Below are positions 37,949-51,206 of a stretch of DNA of 64,000 nt, piece after piece. The notes under the pieces were generated by a model. That model made no database searches, was not told the DNA's origin, and worked only from the letters and a program-made list of their open reading frames with translations. Position numbers and translations under genes: made by a program. Numbering within the stretch: the first letter of the stretch is position 1; every line of letters begins with the position of its first letter. Origin of the DNA: Octopus vulgaris (Eukaryota); NCBI GenBank assembly GCA_951406725.2, contig OX597830.1, positions 68,014,001 to 68,078,000 of the forward strand. Reading direction: 5' to 3'.

Positions 37949-40405
37949 GTAAGTCTTTTTTTAACTTTTAAATTTTGATTTATTTTTGTTGTTTTCATAA
38001 ATTGTGATAAATGAATTGTTGAGAATTTCATCACTGGATTGTGTAAAATGAACTTTGCATATCCTCTTTGTGAATATTTTCATATATTTCCTCACATTGG
38101 TACAAAATGCTTCTATTAGGTCATAAAGTATGAAATTTGTAGAAAAGAAAAAGTTTGCTCATGTTTTATAAATACAAGGAATAGTTTTATTCATCAAGGT
38201 ATGCACCTATATTGTCAATACACTTTTGCCATTTTAGTGGTAGCTTGTCAAGCCTGGAACTGTAAAGGCCTAGCAATCTAGAGAAATAATTAGTACTGCT
38301 TATAGACCAGGGACAAATAAATAAGACCTGTGCATAGAAGAATTTTATCAAAAAGTATAATGTAATAAATTTTAGACACGAACAAAAATTAAGATGTTTA
38401 CATAAGAAGGGAAATTAATTTTACACAATATAAATAAGTGCTAAATAATCAATCATAATATAATCAATCGAACGATATATTTTGAAATAACTGACTCTAA
38501 GAAACAAATGAGAAATTATCCAATCAATTCTTGGAATTCAAAATAAAGTTCACATCTGAATTAACGTTTAACACCACTTTATTTAATGTAATACTAAAAT
38601 TAACATGAAACTTTCACCAGTTCGATCAGAAAGGATATCACAATGAAGACCTTCAAGAAACTGCACCAGTATTACAGTAAAGTTACAATTACAATGGTTA
38701 CTAACCAATGTAATGGAAACTTTTGTAGGTCAATATTCAGTTGCATTTAAATCAAAATGAAAATTAAAATTCATGAAATGCTACTTCATACCTCTTTATA
38801 ATAATAATTGTAATAATATTAAAAATAATAATAATTATTATTATTATTATTATTATTATTAATATATAAAGGATTGAGGTAACTCCTTCAGATATAGAAG
38901 CAAAAATAAAAGAGTGTCATTGTCATCATGTGAAGGATATTTTGACATCTTGTGACTTGATGACAATGACACTCTTTTTTTATTTTTGCTTTTATTATTG
39001 TCATTATTATTTTAATTATTAATTTATATTAAAACTCCAGGAAACCTACATGCTTAAGGGTAATCTATTTGGAATAAACCAATGGAATATATCTCTAAAT
39101 TCTTATCTAATAAGAATCATAACAGAATTTATATACTAATCATCGAATTTAATCAGGTTTTCAAAAATTATGAGGAAAACAGTAAACGTTTGGAGAAATA
39201 CCTTATAACATACCTCTTTATATATATATATACACTTATATGTTTTCTCCCCCTGCACTCATGTGCCATTTTGTATCATTAATAAAGTTGCCTGCATTTT
39301 TGAGGACATAGGTATGCTAGTGTATAATACTTTTCATAACTCCTGTATTGTAGGCCTCTACCACATCGTAGAAATTCGGTGATTATTATTTTCTGTGTTA
39401 TTCTACTTCATAATGAGTATTATAAAGCTGCACCAATAATGGCAGAAATACATTTCTGTTTGTTACGAGAGGTCTTCAGGGATGGTGAGGCTTTAATGTT
39501 GCTTTAGTAACCATCAGTGTTGGAATATTTTCTTGATAGGTTTAGAGAATGTCTCTTTGTGCTTTTCATTGGAATATGACTAAATTATTCATGTTATCTG
39601 TGTAGGGATCTAAATTTTATGTAAATTAAGGTGAAATGCATATCTCTATATATCTCTAGTATCTCATCAAGATCTGCCAATGCATGAAAGGAATCAGATA
39701 CAGAGCAAAGTTACCAAACAAGGACTTTGACTGCTCAATATTTTATTTCAGCTATATTCTGTCAGGAATATATTATATAGAATCATGATTGTGTTCTTCT
39801 GGGAATTATTCAGATGCCTTATGGAATGATTTGTTCCAGTTGCAATTATTATCAATCTGAGAGAGAGGTTGTTTGGAATTTTGATTTTAAAATGTTAATC
39901 AGGGCTGTAGGTGCAATTTTCTTTCAAGGTACGTCAAATAAAAGATCGTCCAATACATGAAAATTAAATGACTATTCAGTAACATGACCTTTTAATTGTT
40001 CTCTATTTACACTCTTTCGTCTCTTCTTTTTAGTCAATTTTAAAGCTAGTTGTGGGGTATTGTATACATTTCTAAGTCTCATATGACTTTGAATTTTACA
40101 CAAAAGTTTAAATTGATTAAATAAAAATTCTCATATCATCATTTGACACTGTTTTTAGTTAAAAGATTTCTTCCATTCAAATCCTATGTCAAAACCAGTG
40201 TACCATGCCAAAACTATAAATAAGAAAAAAAGAAATCATGTGTATCTGTGATAATATGGATTGCATAATCTCCATCAGAAAATTGTCACTACTCTCACCT
40301 GTTGTACTATTTATATTCAGTAAGGTCTTCTGTGTATAATCTGTTGTAACAAGTTGGAATTCTGTCATTCCTTCTAACGTTCAATATCATTTCTTTTAAT
40401 TTCAG

Positions 40406-40437
40406 AAACATGGAATAGGCAGCTCAGATGAACAGAG
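40406..40437 (+). CDS. Microexon A3 (32 nt, phase 0->2): KHGIGSSDEQ(R)
   Basis: atttcttttaatttcag|AAACATG...AACAGAG|gtaatgcaag. Confidence 0.83.
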
Positions 40438-41171
40438 GTAATGCAAGAAACATATGCCTAAATCTGTTAATATATAAGTACATATATATATAGCAGGGTT
40501 TCAGTTATGGTATATTGTAAGCTGCGATTATCCCAGTAATTAGTAAACAAAAATTTTTTTTTGGACAGTGGCACCCCAAAAACAATAAGTAAGGGAGATA
40601 ACAAAGAATATTAGTTTTTTTATTGATTTCTATATACATCATTTCATATATGTTTGAAATATACTATATTGCTACTCTTCCAAATTCTACCCGTTTAGAT
40701 CACTGGTACTATTTGCAAATAGCAGAAAGAAATTAATAAAAGGTTTAAAAAATCCAAAATTTGGTTAGCCTTTAATATCCATCATCTCTCTACACTTATT
40801 TCTCTTAACACAGCTATTAACAATTTTAACAATCACACACAATTTTATTGGTGAAAGAAATTAGATTCTGTGATATTGATTTCTTTCTCTATTATATGAA
40901 GAAAAGATTTATGCAAATTAACAGAAGTTCGAACTGGTTTGTGAACTCTGTGGAAATTCATAGCTTTTACTAATAATGATTTTAATCATATTCATAAACA
41001 GTGTGAGAAGGGCAGAGAGAGTGAGGACATGAAAGAAGGATGGAGGGAGAAAGAGGGAGGAAGAGAGAGATAGAGTCAGAGTAGAGAGAGAGAAAATAGA
41101 TAGATTGATCGACAGACATACATACAGACAGGCAGGTAGGCAGACAGACAGAAAGACAGACAGACAGATAG

Positions 41172-44100
41172 ATAACTTTCTTTATTGGCCACACAGGGCT
41201 GAACAGAGAGGGGACAAATACAAATGTAAAGCTTTTCTTTTTGAAAATGAAAAAGAAAAAGGGAAAAATTCTGATCAAAAGGGATCGGTGGGGGATAAAG
41301 ACGGTCAAAAGTGATCGTGTATCACAGAAGAATTTTAAAAATCTGAAAAGCAAGATTATGTTTATCCGTGGAAAGAAAAGCCTATGGAAAAGACCACGGT
41401 ATCCTCAGGCAGGGAGGGAATAAACACATGAGAGCAAAGTGCTCTCTCTCTCTGTTTTCGATTAACAGGACCATGCTCAAAATGGTTTCATCACTCGCAT
41501 GCACCATCTTTGCTACGTTCACCCACCTTTTTTGAAACTTTCACAAGACAAAACCTGCCTCTCCATTCTCACCTTCCTTTTCAAGTGGTACTTGAAAAAG
41601 TTGATGAGCGATTGGCCAGAGAGGTAAGTGTTTGTCTCTAATCCTTTCGCTCGAGTCTGCCACACACTTTCTTTCACCATGGCCACCAGTATGATGAAGA
41701 CTGTCTTGCCTTCCAAGTTGAGGGAAGATGGTGGAGCAGTTTTCACGATAGACTCGACCGACAGGCGGACTCGTCTCACACATGACAACAGCCATTTGGC
41801 ATAAGCCCACAGGTCCAAAATGGTTTGAGACTGCATGAGTGTGTGCAGAATGGTTTCATCGCTCTGACTGCATCTCGGGCAAGTCGGTCCAGTGTGTCTC
41901 GAACCGTGCCTGAAGAGCTTATTCCGAACAGGTAATGCTTTTCGATAGCACTGCCAGGCCAGGGATCTTTGTTGATTGTCCATAGGTCCTGGCTCGAAAG
42001 TTGTCCTGAAAAGGCAGGTCAGGTGTTCCTCATCAACGCCCAGATTCTGCCCGAGAATGTCATCGCATCTCCCTCCACTAATCCTCTATAGAATGCCTTT
42101 GTTGTAATGAAGTTACACAAGTTTTGTCCCGGACGGCAGAGTTGCTTGACAGCAACGCGACACTCGCAGTCCCATTCACCTAGCCTCGGTCTCTGTTTAT
42201 TCCACAACTGCAATTCAGCCAAGGAGATAAGCTGCAGGAAAGCACACCACACAAACGGCGACCACACCTGTTCACCGTCGTCTATGAAGTGCCGGAGATG
42301 ACACAGTCTCAGCGCATCATCAACCTCCTCATGCCTAGGCCTCCATTTAGCGGGTGTTGACAGCAAATGGACTGCCTAACCATTGGAACGCTTCCCTTCC
42401 ACAAAAAATGGAAGAGTATGCGTTCCAGTTTGGTGATGGTAGGGTTGGGACAAGGCACGATGGTCAGATGGTAATCGATGACGGATGTGATGTATGCGAC
42501 CTTTTAGGCCACTCTAGTCATTATTTCACCCCAGTTCTTCTCCATTTGGAAATCTGGACAGAATCAGACCCTGAGAAATTGAACCGGTCTGTTGGTCAAG
42601 CGTCCAATGATGGAGACACTGTTGGATGGCATGGGCTTGCTTCTCCAGGTACCGAGCCGCAAGCCCACTGACTTTTCTCGATTAATTTTTGCTCCCATTA
42701 CCGCTTCATGTTCTTTTAGTGTCTCTCTGACCAGGTCGATGTGCTTGTGGCTTGACATTATGATGGTGACGTCGTCCACATATGCAGACACGCTCTTCTC
42801 ACATCCCAGCTCTCATAGCATGCCCCTCGGCGTTGCCAGCTTCCATGGTAGTGGCTGAAGAGTCAAAACATACAGCAGCAATGAGAGGGGGCTACCTTGA
42901 TGAACCAAACGCATGATGTTAAATGATCCGGATAGATGACCATTTACGTGAAATACCGAGCAGATGCCACTGTATAAGGCAGCGATCCAACCACAGAAGA
43001 CGGGACTGAAACCAGCCACTTTGAGGACAGCCTCCAAGTAGTGATGGTCTACCCTATCAAAAGCTTTTGATTGATCTAAATTGATCATCACCCCACCCAT
43101 GCCAGGTTCCTTAACTACGCAGTCTATGATGTAGTGCATCAGATGGAGGTTGACCCCTCTTGTTTGTCCTCTCTATGTTTAGCCCCTTGTGGGCAATAAA
43201 GAAATAAGATGGAGGTTGTCATGGATACTCCTATCCGGCATGGCGCACGTTTGTGCTTTGTCGACTAGTTTCTTGATGACAGGCGCCAACCTCTTGGCTA
43301 ACACCTTGGCCAAAATTTTCAAATCTGCATTGAGCAGAGTGATGGACCTGAAGTTATCTACGTCATTTCCCTTGTTCGGATCACCACTCCTTGCTTTACA
43401 AAGACTGGGATATTCCCGTTTTGCTGCCAGTTGCAGTAGACAGCTACCAAGATGCCTCCAAACAAGTCTGGCATATGGCAATAAAGTTCATAGGTCAGAC
43501 CATCCAAGCCTGGTGACTTGTCTCTCGCACAGCCTGCCATCATATCCCATGCATCTGTGGCTGTGATGGGTTTTTTACAGCACTCTGCCTCTCTTGCTGA
43601 GAGTCGTGGCAGGCCACGAAGGTAGGCACTACAGAACACTCTGCATTCTGACCCACCAGTTGTCCTGAACAGTTGGGCAAAGTGTTGTTGAAAGGCCTCA
43701 CACATCTTTTCAGGCTCAAGTAATTCACGCCCCTCTTCATCTGTAAGTGACCTAATGGTGGCTCTGTTGCCTCGTTGCACCTCCGCCACTTGGGCCTCTT
43801 GGGTGGCTCCAACTCCTTTATTACTCAAAGCATGCATCCTAGCTCTGACAATGTATCCTTCGTGTTTGGTGTTGAAGTGTTTGTCGGGGGCCAACCTCAC
43901 TGCCAGTACATGGGATGTGATGCCAGATCTAAGTGCCTCTTCTATTTTCTTAACTAACTCTCCCTCTATTCTATTTCAGTCTAATGCTAGGGCCTTATTG
44001 TACCTCACTGATTTTGCTTTAATTGCTTTCTTTAGGGCATACCACCATCTGTTGTTGATGATGGCACCAGTCAATGCCCTCTTAACTAATGTGCTAATCC

Positions 44101-44825
44101 AGTCCCTGTAAGCCTGGCGTTCTGTGAACGACATGTTCAGCTTCCAGTAACTGGGACCCTCCCTATATGTCTTAACTAAGTCAAGTGTACAAGTCACAAG
44201 TTTGTGGTCTGTGTAGCTGACTATATGGAATTGTGGACAACCTACACTATCTTTATCCACTGTCCTACAGAATATTCTAAGTACAATCTGGATGACCCAA
44301 TGTGGTTGTTCCATGTCCACATCGGCACATTCGGGTGGTCCAGTCGGTACCTCCCAAACAGTTGAAAACATCTGAGCGGGTCTTTGAAGCGTTTGCATCT
44401 CCACATAGTCTAGATGCGTGTCCAGGGTAGTGTTCCAATACCTCAGTAAAAGTAAAGGTTGAGACGTACCCAGGAAAACCTCTAGACGTCAAAAGAAATC
44501 TGGCCGGCCTGTTAAGAATGGTGCATAAACTGTAATCGGTCAAAAAGCACACCCATTGCTGCCATTGACATCCAAACAACCAGCCTACCCTCCGGGTCTA
44601 GGAAAATTGCTCTTACTTTGAGGTCCCGACACTTCCGAAGAAGCACCGCGGTGCCACCTCTGCCCATTCTCGGCAGACATGGAGAAAAATGTTGAAATGT
44701 CCGCCGAACATGTGCTGGAGTGCCCGCAGGCTGTGGAGTCTGGTCTCGCTGATAGAGTCTGGTCTGCAGATTTTGTGACTTGATGTCGTTTAACAGGTAG
44801 CCTTGTTTCCAAGGTGACCCCAAGC
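41172..44825 (-). mobile_element. Tx1/L1-clade LINE ORF2 (APE endonuclease, RT, Cys motif), degraded; 3' end in (GATA/GACA)n
   Basis: GGTAVLL, TDHKLV, GPSYWKLN, KSPGLDGL, FRSITLLNADLKILAKVLAKRL, NLDQSKAFDRVDH, QGSPLS, AYVDDVT, CPRC...ETILH; AATAAA at the 3' end. Confidence 0.9.
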
Positions 44826-44829
44826 CATG

Positions 44830-44844
44830 TACATATTTAATGCG

Positions 44845-44884
<40 letters not shown>

Positions 44885-46310
44885 ATGTGGGCATATGTGG
44901 TCTGACTGAGCTGAAAATATGCACACCTATGTTAAAAGTGCTAGCGAGTTTGCATGGCACCTTTGAGTTTGCTCAATTGAAAGGCATGGACTCTGGGACA
45001 AAATTCCTCATCTTTTAAAATGTGACCCGCATAGACCCAAATGAAATCGGGTTATAATACCGAAACAAGCAAAACAATAATAAACTATTTTAATCCCGAG
45101 TAAGGCCGGGTATATCTGTCTAATCTATAAAATGAAGAAGGCGATCAGTGATACAAATTTGATTTTTATGTAAAAAGGGGTCTAATGGGGCTGGATGGGG
45201 ATTAAAATTTACAGGAGGGGGTAACTTGAGGTGAGAAATTGATTAGAAGACATTTTGGGGCGCTACAGTGGTTGCTTTGGTGTGAAAATGGGGATTTTAT
45301 TGATTCTGGGGGACACTTGGGGGTCTAGATTGGACACCTTTTGCCCGATTTCAATTAAATTTTCAACATGGTAAAGTGGAAGTGGATTTGTAATTTAAGC
45401 GTGGAAATCTAATTTTTTTATAAATGGGAGAGAGATAGATAAAGATAGAGAGTAAGAGAAAGGAAGAGTAAGAGAGTGGGAAAGTGAGAGAGAAAGGAGA
45501 GAGAAACAAAGAGGGAGAATGTGGTGATAAGAAACAGAAAGGAAGCAACAGAAAGTAGCAACCACACCCTCACCCATGCATGGAGTGGGTCACCTTAAGC
45601 TAGTCCATTTATATATTTGTTGGCAAGACTTCCGCCCGTCCCCTTCCAAAAACCACCCTTCAAAAAAAATTTTTTTTTGACACAAACCTGCCCCTTTTCG
45701 GCTATGGGAAATATGAATCTGCAAAAAAATTGGCAAAAATCGGCATTTTAAAATTACCCCCACCCCCATTTCCTTCATTTTTTTCACTTTTTTCAGAATT
45801 TTTTTCCTCAAAAATATGTGGAAAAATACAGAGATTATGATTCTGAAAAAATTTCCAAAACTTTTTGTAAAACTCTTTTTAAGAATTTTTTTATTTTCTA
45901 AATATGCGAAAAAATACAGACATTATGATTCAGACAGAAAGCACCCCCAAACTATCGTATTGAAGTTTGTGTTACACCTGTTTCGTTTTGCACTGAAATC
46001 AAATTACAGCCACCAGTGAGGAAATACTCTCGATACAAGGGCAAACAATTCGCAAGAAAATATAATTCTCGAAATTTGCTAAGATATTATTAATATTGTT
46101 ATTATCTGGAATGACTATTTTAAAAAATGACAACAGATTTAATATATAGGCGATTGCATGCCCAAGAAAAGCATTAAAATTAAAATTAATCAATGCCTTC
46201 TTTTTCTCTGTCGAGGGCTTATATGCCCCTTTATTAGACTATTTTCCCTAGTCATTGCACGGTGATCGCCATAAGCTTTAAGCTTATATAAAAATACCAT
46301 TATTATAGAT
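44830..46310. mobile_element. Cluster of short non-autonomous Helitron-like elements
   Basis: Hairpin plus CTAG-like 3' ends at ~45095-45124 (CCCGAGTAAGGCCGGG..CTAAT) and ~45577-45604 (ACCCATGC..GAGTGGGT..CTAGT). TCTATA-type 5' starts at ~45124 (+) and ~46310 (-). Confidence 0.5.
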
Positions 46311-46699
46311 ATCTATCTGTCTATCTGTTTATATATATATATATATATATATATATCCATCCATCCATATAGGCTATCTTGTTCTCGTAACGAACGATCG
46401 CCACTTTTGAATAAAACTTAAATGTTACGCCATTAATAATTTGAAACGCAGGATATATATTCTTGTGTGCATGTGTGTGAGTGCATACGCATGTGTGAAC
46501 TGATCTATATTACGGTATAATTTCTTTTTGCCAGTTACCTCTTCCCAACTTCTGTCTTAATTTCTTCTCTTCCTTTATCTCTTTCTTCGCCTCTCACCTT
46601 TTATCTCTGGTTGAAACACCTTTTGTCTATTCCTCATGCTAAGTTTAAAGGTAAAGACTGAAAATGGTTACTGTTGTTCGCTGGAAGCATTGTATATTG

Positions 46700-48430
46700 T
46701 TTTTGAAATGTAATGTGTCTTGAATGACACAACAGGCCAGAGTGGACAATAATAGCTGTTAAATAATTTAATTATTCATAGTCTAATATAATATTTTGGA
46801 ATATAAAAATTCATTCTTCAGATATTGCTCGGAATTAATCGAGTCACTGTTATAATCAGTTTTCCAACGGTTACTGAATTTTTTTTTCGGAAGTGTGTCT
46901 GTAGTGGTCTCACGAAGCCCCTTCCAAAATTTCTTTTGAGAAGTGCACAAAGGCAGCCCTGTCTTGAGTTTATGTGTGTTGGCATTTCCGTAGCGCTGCT
47001 TCTAAGTTATGTATTATACATGCATTCTTTTTATACATAAGCATGTTACCATTGTACATGCAGGATGTCAATGTAGTTAAATAATAGTGATTGTTAATTT
47101 CCAATCTGTTGTTAATTTGAGGCCCCTAGTCTGTCTATGAGGATAGCTTCTTTAATTCTTAAATTTCCTAAATTTCTGTCATTGGCTTCAATTGTGACTG
47201 TTATGCTTTTGTCTGGAAGTTTTCTCAAAGAGGAGACTCACGTTTAGATGTTCTTTGGTGCAAATGTGTAATCTACACACCGAAAAACCTCCTCAGCTAT
47301 TGACCAATGCTTCCAGCACTGTTGACCAAGAGAAGAAACGCCTCAAACTTAAATTCTTGTAGCTTTGTACCAAATACTGCCACAACTCAGTCTATTACAC
47401 TGACACAGATGAACGGGACATCCACTGATCAAGATAACCCTAACATCAGGGGCACCAGCATACCATCAACAATGAAACACCTAGTCACACACTTGAGTGG
47501 GTCACTCTCCCATGAAGAGCTAGAACTCATCAGTCTGGGCCCTAAATTTATCTTGAGCCAACAGCCGAACGAGAAAATCTTACTCAACCTGGAAGCCTAC
47601 CTTTTCCTGAACAGCCGATCAACTCAAATGGCAATTGGTAATAAAGAAAAACAGCAACAACACACTCAGCAAATTTCCAACGTACCAACTAGACCACCCA
47701 CTCCCTCCCCTCAACAAACCAAGAACCCAACCACAAACTATCCGCGACACAGATTTATGCCAACGAGTAAATGCTGTGTATAGAATCCAATGTAACAAAT
47801 GCAAAAATTTTTAAGTGGGTGGCACAACCAGACTGTCACACATTCGCATCAAAGAATATTTAAACACGTGAGCCTCCTCCTTGAGAAAACATCTGGACAG
47901 ATGCCAGAACACCGACAAAAACATAACAATCACAATTGAAGCCAATGACAGAAATTTCAGAATTAAAGAAGCTATCCTCACAGACAGATTAGGGCCCAAA
48001 ATTAACAACAGGTTGGAAATTAGCAATCACTATATTATTTTACATTGACATCCTGCACGCACAATAGTAACATGCTTATGTATAAAAAAATGCACGTATA
48101 ATACATAACTTAGAAGCAACATTGTGGATATGCTAACACACATAAGCTTGAGACATGGCCACCCTCAAGCACTCCTCATGAGGAATTTCAGAAGGAGCTT
48201 CATGAGACCACTGCAGAGACACTTCCAAAAAAAGAAAAAAAAAATCAGTAACCGTTAGAAAACCGATTATAACAGTGATTCGATTCATTCCAAGCAATAT
48301 CTGAAGAAGGAATTTTTATATTCCTAAATATTATATTAGACTATAAATAATTAAATTATTTCACAGTTATTACAGTCCACTCTGCATTGTTGAGCCATTC
48401 AAGACGCATTACATTTCATAAAGCCTGAAC
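46700..48430 (+). mobile_element. Penelope-like element with inverted 3' duplication (arms ~46720-47280 and ~47800-48420)
   Basis: Diverged inverted arms; VYRIQCNKC...VGGTTRLSHIRIKE GIY-YIG remnant; LISLGPKFI; decayed hammerhead core CTGAAGAAGGAAT..ATTCC(T)AAA at ~48300. Confidence 0.75.
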
Positions 48431-48502
48431 TATAAGATGCTTCACTCATTACGACAGGCTCATTTTACTAATCTGGAATTTTCTCATTTTCTGATCTTGC
48501 AG

Positions 48503-48530
48503 ATCAGCTGACGATTCATGGCTAGAAAAT
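48503..48530 (+). CDS. Microexon B3 (28 nt, phase 2->0): SADDSWLEN
   Basis: ttactaatctggaattttctcattttctgatcttgcag|ATCAGCTG...GAAAAT|gtaagt. Confidence 0.82.
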
Positions 48531-49160
48531 GTAAGTCTTTTAAAACTTTTATGTATGCTTAATTAGTTCTGTTTGTATAAATTATGATGAAATTTTTGTT
48601 GAGAATTTCATCAATGCATTTGTATAAAAGGAATTTTGTATATCCTGTTTATGAATATTTTTATATATTTTCTCATCTTGGTACAAGCTACTATTTCTGA
48701 TACTGGTAGCCCAAGCTATGATTCTTCAGACGGGAAGACCTAACTACTATTTTCCAATAAGTAGAACTGTTTGCGTTATCTCCTATTGGTAGATCCAGCA
48801 ACTATATTTCATATATTTACAGCAGTCTTCTATGTTTTTAAATATTATTATGGTCAGTGTATTAGTTTCCATTTTAATATGGCTGGATACTATTTATAAT
48901 ATTAGAAGAACCAGTTACTGTATACCATATTGTTAGACCAGGCTAGTATTTTTGATATTTGAATAAGTTGCTAGTTTTTACATTATACAGGTCTTTGAAA
49001 GCAAAGTTTCTGAAAACTGTTTTGATAATTTTATGTTACTTCATAGAATGTTTGTGGTGGTCATTTGAAATATCAAAATTACTCTTTCCTATCACTTAAT
49101 GTTTTCCTACGATCCAATGAGAAGAGAATATCATAATCTGTAGATAAATACATGCATATA

Positions 49161-49215
<55 letters not shown>

Positions 49216-49827
49216 GTATGTATTTATATATCTATGTGTGTGTCTGTGTTTGTACCCTACCATTGCATAACCGATGTTGGTGTGTTTATGTCCCTGTAAG
49301 TTAGCGGTTCAGCAAAAAGAACCAATAGAATAGGTACTAGGCTTACAAAGAATAGTCGATCTGGCTTATGTGCCCACCAGACTGATTAGTGATTAGGTGG
49401 ATGGCTGGTTTTCTGTGAGGTTGTTTAAAATATTGATTGTAAAATATTTACCACGACTGGAGGTGCAATTTTCTGTCAAGTCTTACACAAATGTTTAAAA
49501 TGATTAAATAGAATACTGTTATCATCATGTGAAACTATTTTGATCCAGACAATTTCATCCATTCAAATCTCATATCAAAACCAGTGTACCACACTAAAAA
49601 CTGTAAATAGGAAAAAAGAAATCGTATATCTCTGTTAATAGCTATTGGATTATCTCCACCAGATAATCTTGGCTACATTTATGTCTTAAACATGTACGCT
49701 TTGTATTTAATTATGTTTCTCTGCATAATTTGTTGTAAAAATTTAATCTATGTACCATTTCATTAATGTCAGAAGTTTGAACTCCATCATTCCTTCTAAT
49801 GTTTGCTATTCTTTCTCTTATTTTCAG

Positions 49828-49859
49828 GAACCTGAAATAGACCAACTATTCACAAAAAT
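49828..49859 (+). CDS. Microexon A4 (32 nt, phase 0->2): EPEIDQLFTK(I)
   Basis: ctttctcttattttcag|GAACCTG...ACAAAAAT|gtaatgcaat. Confidence 0.8.
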
Positions 49860-50744
49860 GTAATGCAATAAATATGTCCTTATATTTGATAATAAATAAG
49901 TGTATGTATATATATATATATATATGTGTGTGTATATATATATATATATATGTTATGATTTCAACTATGGTGTATAGTGAATTTAAGAACTTTGCTTAGC
50001 TCAGATTATCCCAGTAAATACTAAACAAAAAACTTTTGGGGATGTCGATAATGCAAAGAAAAATAAAAGAAACGAACAACGGAGATTACTCTTATGATCA
50101 GTTGATTGTTAATTTCCTTAAAACATTTTTTCATGTGTTGGAAATGCAATAAACTGCTCAACTTTCAAACCTGATCCCATTAGGACACAGGTATTATTTT
50201 TGAATAGTAGAAGAATTAAAATAAAGCAGAGAGGTCAGAAAAGCAAAATTTGGTTGGTGTTTAAGATAACAATCCATCATTTCTCTACGCTTACCTGTCT
50301 TAACACAGCTATAGATTTATTGATTTTAAAAATTCAGACATGTTTTTTATTGGTGAAAGAAGTTAGATTTTTGTGATACTGATTTCTTTCTCTACTATGA
50401 ACAATAATAATTCTCCACTACCTTCTACTAAAATTCATATATACCAGCAACCCACTTCCTGTGTCTGTTACCATCTTAGCCTGAAATAACAGTATTTTCT
50501 TTAATTTCTCTCTTCTTTACCTAAATAGAAGGGCTGATACTTGAAGCATTGATGATTTATTCCCTTTCGAATTAACTTAATATACTGACTTCATTATATT
50601 TTTTATCAAATGTTTGTTATTTGTTAAAATGTAAACATACTTGCATCTAGTAATAACTGATTTGCATAACAGTAAAAGGTTGATGACTAGATGATACTAC
50701 ACTATGGGTTAGGAATAAATAAATATATGTAATATATATATTGG

Positions 50745-51068
50745 TACCCTGTCAGTTACAATGATTTGGGTTCCAGTTGATCCGATCAATGGATCAGCTT
50801 GCTCAGGAAATTAACACTGCAAGTGGCTGAGCATTCCTTAGACACATGTACCTTTGTTGCAGTTCTCACGGAGATTCAGCGTGACACACTGAATGTCACA
50901 AGGCTGGCCTTTTGCAATACGGGGACAACTCATTTTTTCCAGCTGCATTGACTGAAGCAACACGAAATAAAGAGTCTTGCCCAAGCACACAGTGCACTGT
51001 TAGATATCAGACTGAAGACCTTATGATCGTGGGCTAAATACCCCAACCACTAAGCCACACATCTTCAC
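50745..51068 (-). mobile_element. tRNA-derived SINE shared with the homologous site in unit 5 (59605-59885)
   Basis: ...CCTTATGATCGTGGGCTAAATACCCCAACCACTAAGCCAC (reverse-complement tRNA-like head); same flanks in both units. Confidence 0.75.
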
Positions 51069-51206
51069 ATATATGCGATGATAGCCAAATGGATTCTATG
51101 AATTTTGATGAATTTTCAAAAAAACAGTAAAACTAGTCACTTTGATTCTTATCCTAAATGGCTGAGACCTCATCTGACATAATTGCAAAGAAACACTAAA
51201 TATATA

